DNA of 64,000 nucleotides from Mytilus californianus (taxonomy: Eukaryota), in contig NW_026262745.1 in NCBI RefSeq assembly GCF_021869535.1, positions 60,388,001-60,452,000 on the forward strand, given 5' to 3'. This document shows, piece by piece, positions 1 through 12,654 of this stretch (positions within the stretch are counted from its first letter, which is position 1; each line of letters opens with the position of its first letter). The translations under genes and the position numbers were made by a program. The notes beneath the pieces were generated by a model. The model saw only the letters and a program-made list of their open reading frames with translations, searched no databases and was not told where the DNA came from.

Positions 1-1789
1 TTGTCATTCAAGTTCTTAAATAACAATGAATTAATGTCACCGTCGACAAGTTATTTATAAATGAGTGTATTGTTAAAGCATTAATAACGTAGCTTAAATC
101 AGGTGAGCATACTTGTTTAAATGTATGTATAAACTTTCTTACAAGCCTGTTTCTTTGTTCTATTGAGGTTTAATGCGATTCAAAAAGTTCCCTTATTAAG
201 GCAGCATATGTGAATATGATATCTTCATATCATAATTTAAATGCCATTGCATTTTGTATTCTGAGTGATAGTTAGAGTGATGGGTTCCATTTTTAAACGC
301 CCTTTTCTGCCATTAGTATCCTAATGGGATTTAAAATCAAATAAAAAAGATAAGTAATAGATATTAACTTTGGGTTGTTCAATAATAAATATTTAATCTA
401 CATGTTAATCAGTTGTATTTATTCAAATTCTTTTCTTATTGTCCACTAGGCGTAAACCATACCCACATTTCAACTAATATCGTGCGTCTATGCACTGTTT
501 ATGCAAAGAACTTCATAATGCCTCTCTTCATGCTGTATCTATGAAATCACGTTTTGTCTTAAAATTCCAATTTACACCGAAATGTGTCCGTTTTCATATT
601 CATGTTTGATGGATTAAAATAATAAATGCCAGATATATTTTCAAATCAGTACAATGTACACTGCGGTTGATACATCCTCTATCCATTTCATTATTTGCAC
701 TGTCCATAGTTTAGTTTTTTATAATGATTTTGCTAAAGAATGCAAACGAGATCGGAGCGGAATGACACATATTACTATATCTTTGAATTCTTTTTAAGCA
801 TATTTTTGTCCTCTTATGTCTTAATTACCATTTGATTTTGTACTTTTTGTATGATGTTTGATTTTTTCATTTTCTTATTTAATTTAATCTACTGTTTAAT
901 GTTCGTCATAAGAAATTGATATCTGCTGAAAACCACATACACTGTAAATGGTGTTTCCGCAATGATCTCTACAACAAACATACAGCAGTTTACAAGAGAA
1001 TACGGATAAGTCTAAATAATTTCTTTATGTCATTGAAATTGTATATTTTAAAAGAATGTTTATTCTATTACAAATTTTAAACTCATACTTAAGACAGCTA
1101 AGCATGATACAGCTTTACATGAACAATCTATAGGAAATCATACTTATGAGATGGGAACTATGACAGGGGGAAAAATGTTCATGGCTTCTATTTTATTTGT
1201 CTGTTCTTCTACAATATTTAAGAAATTAAAAAGCAGTGGTATTGTTAATTCTTTCCAAACTAGTTGCTTAAAGTGCATGTTCAAAGCACTGTATTTTTTT
1301 AGATTTTAATCGAATTTGTCCTGTTATTACTGTTCACCTGTTTTTATTGGTAAGAGAGGACACTATAAATAGGATTCGCTTTAATAGAAAATTTTCCTTC
1401 GGGAAATGATTTTCAACTTCCCGATTCCTTTTGTAATAAATTAAGAGAATCTTGATATTTTTTGTACACGTATATTTGTAGTTTTTAAAGTTTGGATGGA
1501 AACATCAACCTCAAAATAAAGTTGTTTATTTTTCTTGTTTATTGCTGGATTGTTAAAGCAAACTAAGATACTGAACAAACATTTAAGCTCATTCTATATC
1601 AGTCATTCGTTTAATATAATTCTTTTAAATATTGGAAAGTTTGACTTTTATTTTTTAACATTTTTAAAATCGATAGCTATGAATAATATTGAGTTTGCAG
1701 ACCATTTTTTTAATATATGTTTTTCCATAAAATTTCAGACATTTGACCTGTTCATACAATTTGTAATGCTTTTTTGTTATTAAATGTTT

Positions 1790-3990
1790 ACTTATTTAAA
1801 GTTATATCTCATCTCTCTATTTTTAATATTAACCAGCTTTGATGATTGTTTAGTGTGACTATAAATTTCAACTCCTGTTATCGTACTGTGAACAGCAAAA
1901 TTATTTATTTTGTAAAAAATATTTCCGTTCTCAATTACCATACACAATTAATTTCAACTACCTGTGTACAATATTCTACTTGGCGGCATTTTGTTTAAGG
2001 TTATAGTTGTTTTTCTGAAATTGTTTAACATATCACCCCTTATTTTATTGATTTTGTATTTACATTGTGTCAAAGATCTAATTTATTCGTTCAGTGTATA
2101 TTCATTTGTTTGTGTTAATATGACTTTTGATTGAGTTAAGCCATTTCAATTGATATTTTATAGTGTGACTTTCTATGTTGTGGTGTTACACTATTGTTTC
2201 AGGTACGGGTGAAGGTTGGTACCTATTAAAACGTTTAAACCCGCTGCATTTGTTTGCACCTGTCCTAAGTCAGAAACCTGCTGTTTAGTGGTTGTCGTTT
2301 GTTGATATGGTTCATAAGTGTTTTAGCACACTTGCAATATTCAATTAATTGGATAAATATTTTGCAATACATATCGTTTCAACCATTTCAGTAGCGACAC
2401 GACAAAAAAAAAAAGAACACCACAGGACTGATAATCGATCAGTGGGTGTTAAACTTAATGAAATTTAATTTAGAAGAAAAAATCAACTAATTAACATGCG
2501 CAGAACACGAACGTCTGACCTTACATGTAAAGATGTTTACCAAAAACTTTAAAGGCCAAATAATTAAACTTTCAAGATTATAAAAGCTCAAACGACCTAC
2601 ATATAATTAGAACAGGCAAACTCGTTTACGGCCAACCAACATGCGCAGGATTACTACTAAGGGTTAACAAAAAATAAATTATGATCAGAAAATTAAATTA
2701 CAGAGGAGAACCATCTAAGATCACACAAAATTAAATTTCTGACAGAAGAACTGAAAGCAGGATTAACCCTTTAACCAATTTGGCAACATTTGACAGAAAT
2801 AGAATATACTTATGTGTTAAACAATTACACATTTTTAAGGTATGGTATTTACTGGTTTATTGTACCTGTTTATACGTTTTTTAATCCAGTGTCAGTCCAC
2901 AGCATAATATCGGGCAGAATCAAATACCATATTATTAATTTGTATTCTTTTCAAACGGGATGTATAAAGACACACACACGTTCATTTTTATCTATAAAGA
3001 GGTTAACTCCTAACTATCCTCTGCCTGTCGATACATTTATTTTTGGCATTGCACTAGTCATGTCTTCTTTGACTGTCCGTGACGTTAAGATACTAAATCC
3101 CTGGGATGTGTTTTAGTTGATTTTAGTCTCTGATGCATGATTTTTTATTATTAATTGTTTTGGCTTTTAACTAGCTGTCAGTAACTGCGAGTACTTTCAA
3201 ATCGTACTTTCTTGTTAATTTGACCTGTTGATACTATTTGTAATGCTTTTTTGTTATTTACTGTTAACTTATATCTGGTCTATATACCAGCTTTGATAAG
3301 TGTTTGGAATTACTATAAATTTTCACTTCTTCGTACTATGAACATCAAAATTATTTCCTTTCTCCTTTTAAACTGTATTATACATCACACTTCCGGCACC
3401 TGTACAGGCAGAACACGAAGTTTTATCGAGCACCAATTTTATAGTTTAAATGTTGATATTCACCCCACATTTACCAAGTTTTTGAATAGTTTATTTGTTA
3501 TGCAAGACATTTCTTGGTGTTCCTAAACGTAAGGTTATACAGACAGAAAAAGAAGTATACTCATCTACAAAATTATTTTCATTTACCTGTGTTTAATTTT
3601 GATATTACAAATGGCGTAATTTTTTTCAAAGCTGATGTTTTCTTCTGAAATTGTTTAGCAGTTTACAGCGGTATAATACTTTTACTATAAATATTCATCA
3701 CTTATTTTTATGAACTTTGTATTTACATTGTAGCATAGATCAAATTTATTCGTTCAGTGTATGTTCATTTGGTCACTACGTTTTTTGATTGAGTTAAGCC
3801 ATTCCAATTGATATTCTATAGTGTGTCTTTCTATGTTGTGATGTTACACTATTGTTTAAGATAAAGGTGAAGGTTTGGTAAAATTAAAACGTTTAAACCC
3901 GCTGCAATTGTTTGCACCTGTCTTTAGTCAGGAATCTAATGTTAAGTAGTTGTCGTTTGTTGATGTGGTTCATAAGTGTTTCTCGTTTCT
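1790..3990. repeat. Diverged direct duplication (about 1790-2330 and 3255-3990) that includes a common interspersed repeat
   Basis: Shared ccagctttgat...actataaattt...cgtact(g/a)tgaaca(g/t)caaaattattt and ttgattgagttaagccatt...aaaacgtttaaacccgctgca blocks. Confidence 0.8.
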
Positions 3991-5156
3991 GGTATTTTTA
4001 TATAGATTAGACCGTTGGTTTTTTCTCGTTTGAATGGTTTTACACTAGTATTTTGTTGGGGCCCTTTATAGCTTGTTGTTCGGTGTGAGCCAAGGCTCCG
4101 TGTTGAAGACCGTACCTTGACCTATAATGGTTTACTTTTATAAATTGTGACTTGGATGGAGAGTTGTCTCATTGGCACTTATACCACATCTTCCTATATC
4201 TATCTTTATACTTGATAATAGATACTTATTTTAAACAGCTACATTACAGAGTGCTATTTTTAACCGATGGTTAATCTTTGGCTCTGTCTTTAGTCTGACT
4301 AACAAAGTACCAAACTATCTAACCTAATATGGGGTAATTACTTCTTTTTAATTACAATCAGTGAAATAGATGAGATCTATCTATCTAACAAAAAGGTAAC
4401 TGATAAAATCCCGAGTGACGTCTCAATTTAAGGTGCAACGGTTCTAATGTTTCAAAGGTCAAACCATAGGGCTGTGCGGCATATTTTCAACATTTAAATG
4501 CTTCGAAATTTTAAGAGTTCAAACTATGCTAATATTTTGTACTACTCCTCCCTTCACTTTGTGTCTCCTTCAGAATTCAATTTGGCCGTAATCCATGTGT
4601 ATTTATACAGGTAACATTTTCAAGTTGTGTCTCTACGAGATGAAGCATAAAGATCATATCTTGGAACCAACAGGTAAACACAACAAAATATCTATGAATA
4701 TTACATTTCTTTTAACTGTAATAAAATAATTCAATAAAACACATTTTTTATTAAACAAAAAAATATCAATAAAAACAAACATACACAATTTCAATTTCCA
4801 CTGCAAAGTCTCAAGACTTCAGGTATCGTATAAATTCACATAAAAATCACCAGTAGTCCATTTATATTTATTAATATATATATTAAGTTTATTATATTTT
4901 CTTAAATACACTGAATGAAGAACACAATTTGGGTGCGATTCCTCTCTCAATAACACTTGTTAAACACGCACATGGTTGAAAGGCCCTTGTTTCCTACATA
5001 GGTCTACGCACTTCAAAACTGAGCTCGGAACGGTTTCCAAAAGTCATTCGCTGCACCAGCTTACTATTCGAGCTATCGGATTCCTCCAAAAAGAGGCATA
5101 AATTTTTGAGAGCGCAGATGTATCGATGGAAAATTATCATAATAATAAAATGCCAT

Positions 5157-5890
5157 ATTATCATTGCATTTCTCAGTAGTTAAAAGAATTAAATAAAAGA
5201 ATTGCTACTTCATCGAAATGTATAAATAAAAATCCTCAAACGAATAGAATAATAGCTCTAACAAGTTTGTTTTTTTATAAAACTAAACCTGAAATAATTA
5301 AATAAATTAATTACATCTATCTACAGTGGTCCACAAACGTTACAATTTTAGCGATTATATTTCAAAATAAGCTCCTAATTTTTTTCTGCAACGCTAGTAC
5401 TTTGCCAGCCCTATTTTCATTTCATAACATTAACCGGATTTATAAAAAAAGTGAACAATACTAGAAAACACAAATCCCACTTCAACAAAATACCAGAATA
5501 AGTGTGTCATGTTGATACTAGTACTTATATACTCTCGACTCTTAATTGTCAACATTAGTTATTTATCTAACATGTCTATTATCATTGCATTTCACAGTAG
5601 TTAAAAAAATAAATATAAGAATTGCTACTTCATCAAAAGGTATAAATATGTTTTTTAAAACTAAAAATGAAATAATTGAATAAATAATTACATCTATCTA
5701 CAGCAATCCACCAACATTACTATTTAGCGATTACATTTCCAATTAAGTTCCTAAATGTTTTTTTGCAACCCTAGTACTTTGACATCCCTGATATCATTGC
5801 ATTTCATATCATTACATGGATTTATCAAAAACGTAAACAAAATACCAGTCTGGAATAAGTTTGTCCTATTGATACTAAAATGCATTAACA
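5157..5890. repeat. Diverged tandem duplication (~420-bp period) immediately 3' of the cGLR1 stop codon
   Basis: tattatcattgcattt(c)cagtagttaaaa...gaattgctacttcatc occurs at 5157 and 5577 with continued collinearity. Confidence 0.85.
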
Positions 5891-7830
5891 TTACAATGAG
5901 CTCATTAACGAAAGTCTCTTTACAGACGTATTATATCTGTAATTAGGGAATATTTTGTGTGACTGCATAAATGCCTGTCGTGCAGATTCACTGTCTCCTA
6001 ATAACTGTGAAGCAATACCAAGAATAGTGTAGGCTCTAGAAACAAAACATGTATTATTTTCAATAAAATAGTTTTCAGCTATAATAAGTTTTAAAGTGTG
6101 GAGGCAATCGTGACATTGTCTGATATTATTGAGATGATAATGACATACCAAGTTTAGAAAATAAGCATAAACTATAGAGGAAATGTGATATTGTCCATTT
6201 TCTACTTCCATTTGTAGTTCATATGGTATTAGCCTAGAATTTCTTGTAAATATCATAAAATCTACAAGTAATATTTTCCACATTTGTACAATACTTTTTC
6301 TTTGGAATACTTGCAAATCGGACAATTGGACATGCATATCCGACATATCCATGAAGCGATGTATTTTTTCGGGAGTAACTTTCGATATAGAATAATCGAT
6401 AATGTGTAACGCATTACTATATTGTTTATACTTATAGAAAAACGATGCTAACATCAGCCAACCAGAAACAGCGTCATGATGAACATTCTGTAGCAAAGTA
6501 CAGAGACAAGATTTGTACTGTTTGTATTGGTGTTTATTATTACTTTTTGTACTGTCTAGTGATATAGACCACACAAATGAGGCAGACATCATTGACATAT
6601 AGTATACGCATATATATTTGTTTAAGGATTTGTCACAGGAAACTATCTGATGTATTCCTGTTTTGTATGCATTCCATTTCAATGCTATACGATATATTGT
6701 ACTGTTTAACATATATAATGATTTTGAATTCAGTGGTTTTTGCAACAAATGTGGTTCTATGTTAATATTATATATTGATACATGAAAGTTGGATATTTGA
6801 TCCGAAAATAATATGCATCGCTATCCGTAACTATGCAGGTTATAAAGTTTCTCTAACAGTATTTCACGAGCGCGTCCTTCTATTTTGTTTTCAAACATGT
6901 TGTTTTCTTGTATGAAGTAATGTAAACAAACTGAATATTCAACATTATATATCAGTCTGCTAAAACATCGCATGAAACAATTTATAAGATTTTTAGGCTT
7001 CCATATTGATTGGGGTAATTCTTCTGATATCCAGAAAATAATTGTTTTCAAGAAATATGAACAGAGTAGTTCTCTACATTCGGTGTAGGTTTCTAATACA
7101 TCTTTCAAAAGAATTTTCAGGAGGGCATAGCATATTAATTGAGTGTGTGTAAAAGTATTTATTAGAAATTTTTCTCCAACAGAAAATGAAATTCGCCATT
7201 CTATATCCTCTTTTGGTGATCCCTTAACTCCGATTGGTACAAAAAGTACTCCGTGTTTTAAAATACTTTGTTTGACGTTATAACTTGGCCATGCGTTACT
7301 TGATCTTGTTATCCACTGTGATGCTTGTGATATCCATGTTGTACAATGTAAGCATAAGGCTTGGTCATACGTTCCAGTTTTGTTTGATAAACATGGTCCA
7401 TGAAGTACACCACTTGTTTTACGCAAAGTCTCTTGTTTAAATAATGCGCTCGAGAAATAATGTTTTCCATTACGTTCTTCACATAATATAGATAGAAATA
7501 GAGGATCCATGTGTTCTATTTGCAACTGAGTGATTTTAACCTTTACATCATCGGTTTCCATTGTTAAATATACATCATCTGAATTGTAAGTTTTAATTTT
7601 TTCATAAACTTTCAAAACTTTCTCTAAATACATTATATCCAAATCACTTCCTCTCATCTCAAGGCCTTCTCCAAAACTTCCACTTGTGATAATAATAAAC
7701 TCTTTGCCGCTTGTAAAATTATCCCTGACAGTATTGATCAGTCTCATTGTTTTTACATGATTCTCTGTTCCAACTATGTTCTGACACATGTAAAGATACA
7801 GTGCTAATGATAAGGTTTTTGTGTCTGAGT
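5891..7830 (-). pseudogene. cGLR paralogue 1 (Mab-21 nucleotidyltransferase + TPR-like tail), main exon, interrupted by one in-frame TAG at 6821-6823; pseudogene or a 338-aa truncated gene
   Basis: ORFs 6821-7867 and 5891-6748 share a frame (72 nt apart). Motifs present: TSGSFGEGLEMRGSDLDIM, YDQAL, WRISFSVGEKFL, LCSYFLKTIIFW, HYFIQENNMF. Paralogues read YGWRC where this copy has YG*RC. Acceptor tttatttcag ends at 7831, so the ORF-track N-terminus MTNYFINFVFIS is intronic. Confidence 0.9.
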
Positions 7831-8399
7831 CTGAAATAAACACGAAATTGATAAAATAATTAGTCATAAGGAATGAAAAACAATGTTCGCCATAATGATG
7901 TTAACATAGAACTACTATTAGAATTTAGCTTCAATGAGTTGTTGCGATGTCAACTTCTCTTAAAAATGGACTAGCTTTTGCTATCACTCTGTTAATTATT
8001 GTAACAATTCCTTTTAACTATTTGACAAGAGAGAACGAAACTACCAAAGGGATAGTCAAACTCACAAGTCAATGATAAAATGACAACGCCAAGGTAAAAA
8101 AAAAAAAAAACACCTTGAAAAATAATCAAAAGACAAACAACAGTAACTGTATACAAATACGACAAAGACACTAAATTCTAAGCAACACGAACCATGCACC
8201 AAAAACATAATTCTTGGGGATATCAATTGCTCCGGTAGGGTAGATAGATCTTGCTGGCACCCGCCTAACCATTTAAAAGTTGACTTTATTAATTTCTCAA
8301 AATCTATTCTATCCTATAATGTAGTATTAGCCTAGGGTAATATGAACAAATAATTTTTTGAAAAATTCTAAAAATATACATATATATATATGTAATTGT

Positions 8400-10670
8400 A
8401 AAGAACGTTCAAACCTATGATTGCGTTGGATAAAAACCGCAATTTTTATACTTGTGCATGCAAAAGCAATTTCTTGGTATAGGGGTCTAAATACAGCACA
8501 AACAACATTTTCCAAAAGACCAAAAAAGTGAAAAAGTATATTTTAGCAAAATGTTCTTAAACCCTGCTGACTGCCATTGACGATTGCCAAATAAACGGAT
8601 CACCGATGTAATAAATGGATCTTAATAATAAATTTAATACTAAACGAAAACAATAAACTTGCGGTAAAGATGGTATACCGCAAACAAAAGGTGCAAAGGT
8701 TTTTGTACACCATATCCGGATTTCGACAATTAATGTCTCTTCAGTGGTGTTAGAATTCGAAACGGTATTTGGAAAGCCATACAATTTACCTCAATTTAGG
8801 ATAGACTCTTGAATTTTGAGGAGTCAAAATAGGATGAACGGATCATATAAAACCCGAAGGCAAATATAATACAAGCCCAAACGAAAAAATATAAACAAGT
8901 CTAAAATGAAAACAACGTTCAAACCTATGATTGCGTTGGATAAAAACCGCAATTTTTATACGTGTGCATGCAAAAAAATTATTTGTAAGAGGGGTCTAAA
9001 TACAGCACAAACAACATTTTCCAAAAGACCAAAAAGTGAAAAAGTATACTAGTATTATAACAAAACGCATTTGACTAACAGGTCGAACAACAAATGTTCT
9101 TAAACCCTGCTGACGGCCATTGGCGATTGCCAAACAAACGGGTCACCGATGTAATACATGGATCTTAATTATTAATTTAATACTAAACAAAAACAATAAA
9201 CTTGCGGAAAAGATGGTATACCGCAAACAAAAGGTGCAAAGATTTTTGTACACCATATCCGGATTTCGACAATTAGTGTCTCTTCAGTGATGTTAGGAAT
9301 CGAAACGGTATTTGGAAAGCCATACAATTTACCTCAATTTAGGATTGACTCTTGAATTTTGAGGAGTCAAAATAGGATGAACGGATCCTATAAAACCCGA
9401 AGGCAAATATAATACAAGCCCAAACGAAAAAACATAAACAAGTCTAAATTGAAAACAATGTTCAAACCTATGATTGCGTTGGATAAAAACCGCAATTTTT
9501 ATACTTGTCATGCAAAAGTAATTTCTTGGTATAGGGGTCTAAATACAGCACAAACAACATTTTCCGTAAGACCAAAAAAGTGAAAAAGTATATTTTAACA
9601 AAACGCATTTGACTAACAGGTCGAACAACAAATGTTCTTAAACCCTGCTGACTGCCATTGGCGATTGCCAAATAAACGGATCACCGATGTAATAAATGGA
9701 TCTTAATTATAAATTTAATACTAAACAAAAACAATAAACTTGCGGAAAAGATGGTATACCGCAAACAAAAGGTGCAAAGGTTTTTGTACACCATATCCGG
9801 ATTTCGACAATTAATGTCTCTTCAGTGATGTTAGGAATCGAAACGGTATTTGGAAAGCCATACAATTTACCTCAATTTAGGATAGACTCTTGAATTTTGA
9901 GGAGTCAAAATAGGATGAACGGATCCTATAAAACCCGAAGGCAAATATAATACAAGCCCAAACGAAAAAATATAAACAAGTCTAAATTGAAAACAACGTT
10001 CAAACCTATGATTGCGTTGGATAAAAACCGCAATTTTTATACGTGTGCATGCAAAACAAATTTCTTGTAAGAGGGGTCTAAATACAGCACAAACAACATT
10101 TTCCAAAAGACCAAAAAAGTGAAAAAGTTTATTTAACAAAACGCATTTGACTAACAGGTCGAACAACAAATGTTCTTAAACCCTGCTGACTGCCATTGGC
10201 GATTGCCAAATAAACGGATCACCGATGTAATAAATGGATCTTAATTATAAATTTAATACTAAACAAAAACAATAAACTTGCGGAAAAGATGGTATACCGC
10301 AAACAAAAGGTGCAAAGGTTTTTGTACACCATATCCGGATTTCGACAATTAATGTCTCTTCAGTGGTGTTAGGAATCGAAACGGTATTTGGAAAGCCATA
10401 CAATTTACCTCAATTTATGATATACTCTTGAATTTTGAGGAGTCAAAATAGGATGAACGGATCATATAAAACCCGAAGGCAAATATAATACAAGCCCAAA
10501 CGAAAAAATATAAACAAGTCTAAATTGAAAACAACGTTCAAACCTATGATTGCGTTGGATAAAAACCGCAATTTTTATACGTGTGCATGCAAAACAAATT
10601 TCTTGTAAGAGGGGTCTAAATACAGCACCACCAACATTTTTCAAAAGACCAAAAAGTGAAAAAACAAGTC
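8400..10670. repeat. Tandem array of ~540-bp units (about 4.2 copies) derived from an interspersed repeat, inside cGLR1 intron 1
   Basis: The anchor aacgttcaaacctatgattgcgttgg recurs near 8404, 8914, 9457, 9995 and 10534 (periods about 510-543). Units are highly similar, and (TA)n-tgtaa tracts lie at both edges. Confidence 0.95.
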
Positions 10671-11812
10671 TAAATTGAAAATATATATATATATATATGT
10701 AAGAGTCTGAACCGCGATGGTACTCCGAACCGCGCTGGGAAAGCTGAGGTTAGATGGTTTGACGCTGAAGTGCGTTTTTCATCACGCTGAAATGCGATGG
10801 GGGCATTGTGACGCTAGCTTGTTGATAGCTACACCGAAGTGCGATGGTGCGATTGCTTCGTCAATACTTTGGTTCTTCCGAGGTTTATTAGCTACACGAC
10901 ATCTTTCTAAAACAGAATCTAATATTGGCCGAATTCTGGCAAGTTTGTCTGGTGAATCTGCTAATGGCTCATTCAGATGTAAATATCAAGTCAGCTTTTC
11001 TTTTTACAGACATGACATCTTTTACACCTTCTTTATTAAGGAATTCATTTGTCGACCATAAATACTTGTAGTCAGGAACTTGTATAATCCATATTAGAAT
11101 TAGGATTCCTAGTAAAGATAAAATTTACACTTTTAACTTTTTGTAATAAAAATATTACTTTTAATATCACTCTTAAATATACATCATGTACATGAGTATA
11201 TAGGCTGTGCATACATATCTTGAGATGTAAAAGTTCCCTGTCAAGTTTTATTATGTACTCTGCATGCATAGAGTACTAAACCTACTTCTACTTTTGAGAA
11301 TCATAAAATACATGTAACGAACAAACACAATTTTAAAATGACAGACATGTATAAAGGCATGTACAAACAAATAAATATTGTAAATTAGAACATGTGGTAT
11401 GAGTGCTAATGAGACAACTCTCAATCCAAGTCACAATGTATAAAAATAGTTAATAATTTTGGGTCAACGTACGGCCTACAACACAGACATCAAACAGCAA
11501 GCTATAAAGGACCACAAAATGACTATTGTAAAACTGATCTAACAGGAAAAATAATGGTCTAATCTATATACAACACGAGAAAAGAGAAACACATATAAAC
11601 CACATCAACAAACGACAACCAACTTCAACCACTGAACAACAGGCTTGTGACTTAGAACAGTGCATATAAATGCCTACATATGTATATATATATACCAGTT
11701 TCCAGGGAGTTTACTATGCATTTCGATTTTAACTTGATTAATTAACCAACCTTACAATCGTACACATATATAAACCATTGTTAGTTTGAACGGATATTTT
11801 TTTTTCACTTAC

Positions 11813-12254
11813 CTAAATATGCAGACATTTCAGCAAAATCTGTCTCCGTCCAGTTTGTGTCATTTCGTCCTGCTTGTTGCTATTTGTGTATTGCATTTAG
11901 GTTGGTCTCTTGGACAACTATACTGATCATATCTGTTGTGAAGAAGGTATTAAAACACTAACATCAGCATTCAATAAGACTTGAGATCCGGTACTTACGG
12001 TAAACTGTCGAACATTAACATCTTGATTGACCTCGCTCCATATAATTTTATTCGTGTCAGTATCATCATTTACATCCTCTTGATCCTGCAAGAATTCATC
12101 ATCAATGTCCTCTTCCTCCTTGCTTACAAACGTAACAACTATATCGGACACATTTCCGTTATCCTCACCTTCAATGCTTTCGTCAACTGATGTATTTTGA
12201 AGTGCTGGTTCAGACACAAACATCCCATACACTCGGCCTGCTGGAGGCCGCCAT
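11813..12254 (-). mobile_element. piggyBac (PGBD-like) transposase 5' relic with frameshifts and a stop
   Basis: ATG at 12254 in an AAATATGGCGGC context, an acidic N-terminal tract (ORF 11927-12232), then in another frame TFFTTDMISIVVQETNLNAIHK*QQAGRNDTNWTETDFAEMSAYLG, typical of the piggyBac transposase N-terminal region. Ends at a GTAAGT donor; no TTAA-bounded termini found. Confidence 0.8.
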
Positions 12255-12654
12255 ATTTGTTATTGTCGTCTGTTATTACATGTGAGAATCTCATGAATAT
12301 TCATTGCGTAAGTGTATAATTACCGCCCATTTCCTACGATAAGCACTGGCACTTGTCTCGTTTATTTATTTTTAAATGTCACCACATTTATTTATACGTG
12401 AAATTTTTACATTGACGTTTTCAAGACAAAATACATGAAAAGCGTAGGAAAGCGTATTTGCGGAGGACGGGGATAAGCGTAAAAGACGTATACGCGGTGT
12501 GAGGGGATAAGCGTAAAAAGTGTATATGCGTGGTAAAGGATGAACATACGTTAGAAATGCAGTTATTATATCTGATAAAGGAGTTCTTAAAACATACCGT
12601 TTTTCCATTAAACAGTAAAAAGAAATGTATATATATAAATTTTAGACCGATTTT

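Noticed and set aside
2763-3006. Possible TTAA-bounded piggyBac-type MITE (ttaaccctt ... aaagaggttaa)
   Set aside because: The inverted match is too short and imperfect to support.
8400-10670. Regular arrays here and at 46790-47600 and 51348-52060 as possible CRISPR, and the repeated short ORFs within them
   Set aside because: Whole units repeat with no unique spacers, there are no cas genes and the context is eukaryotic; the ORFs are by-products of the repeat.
10717-11061. 114-aa GC-richer ORF
   Set aside because: Built on gcgatgg-type short repeats typical of a transposon subterminal region; no protein motif.
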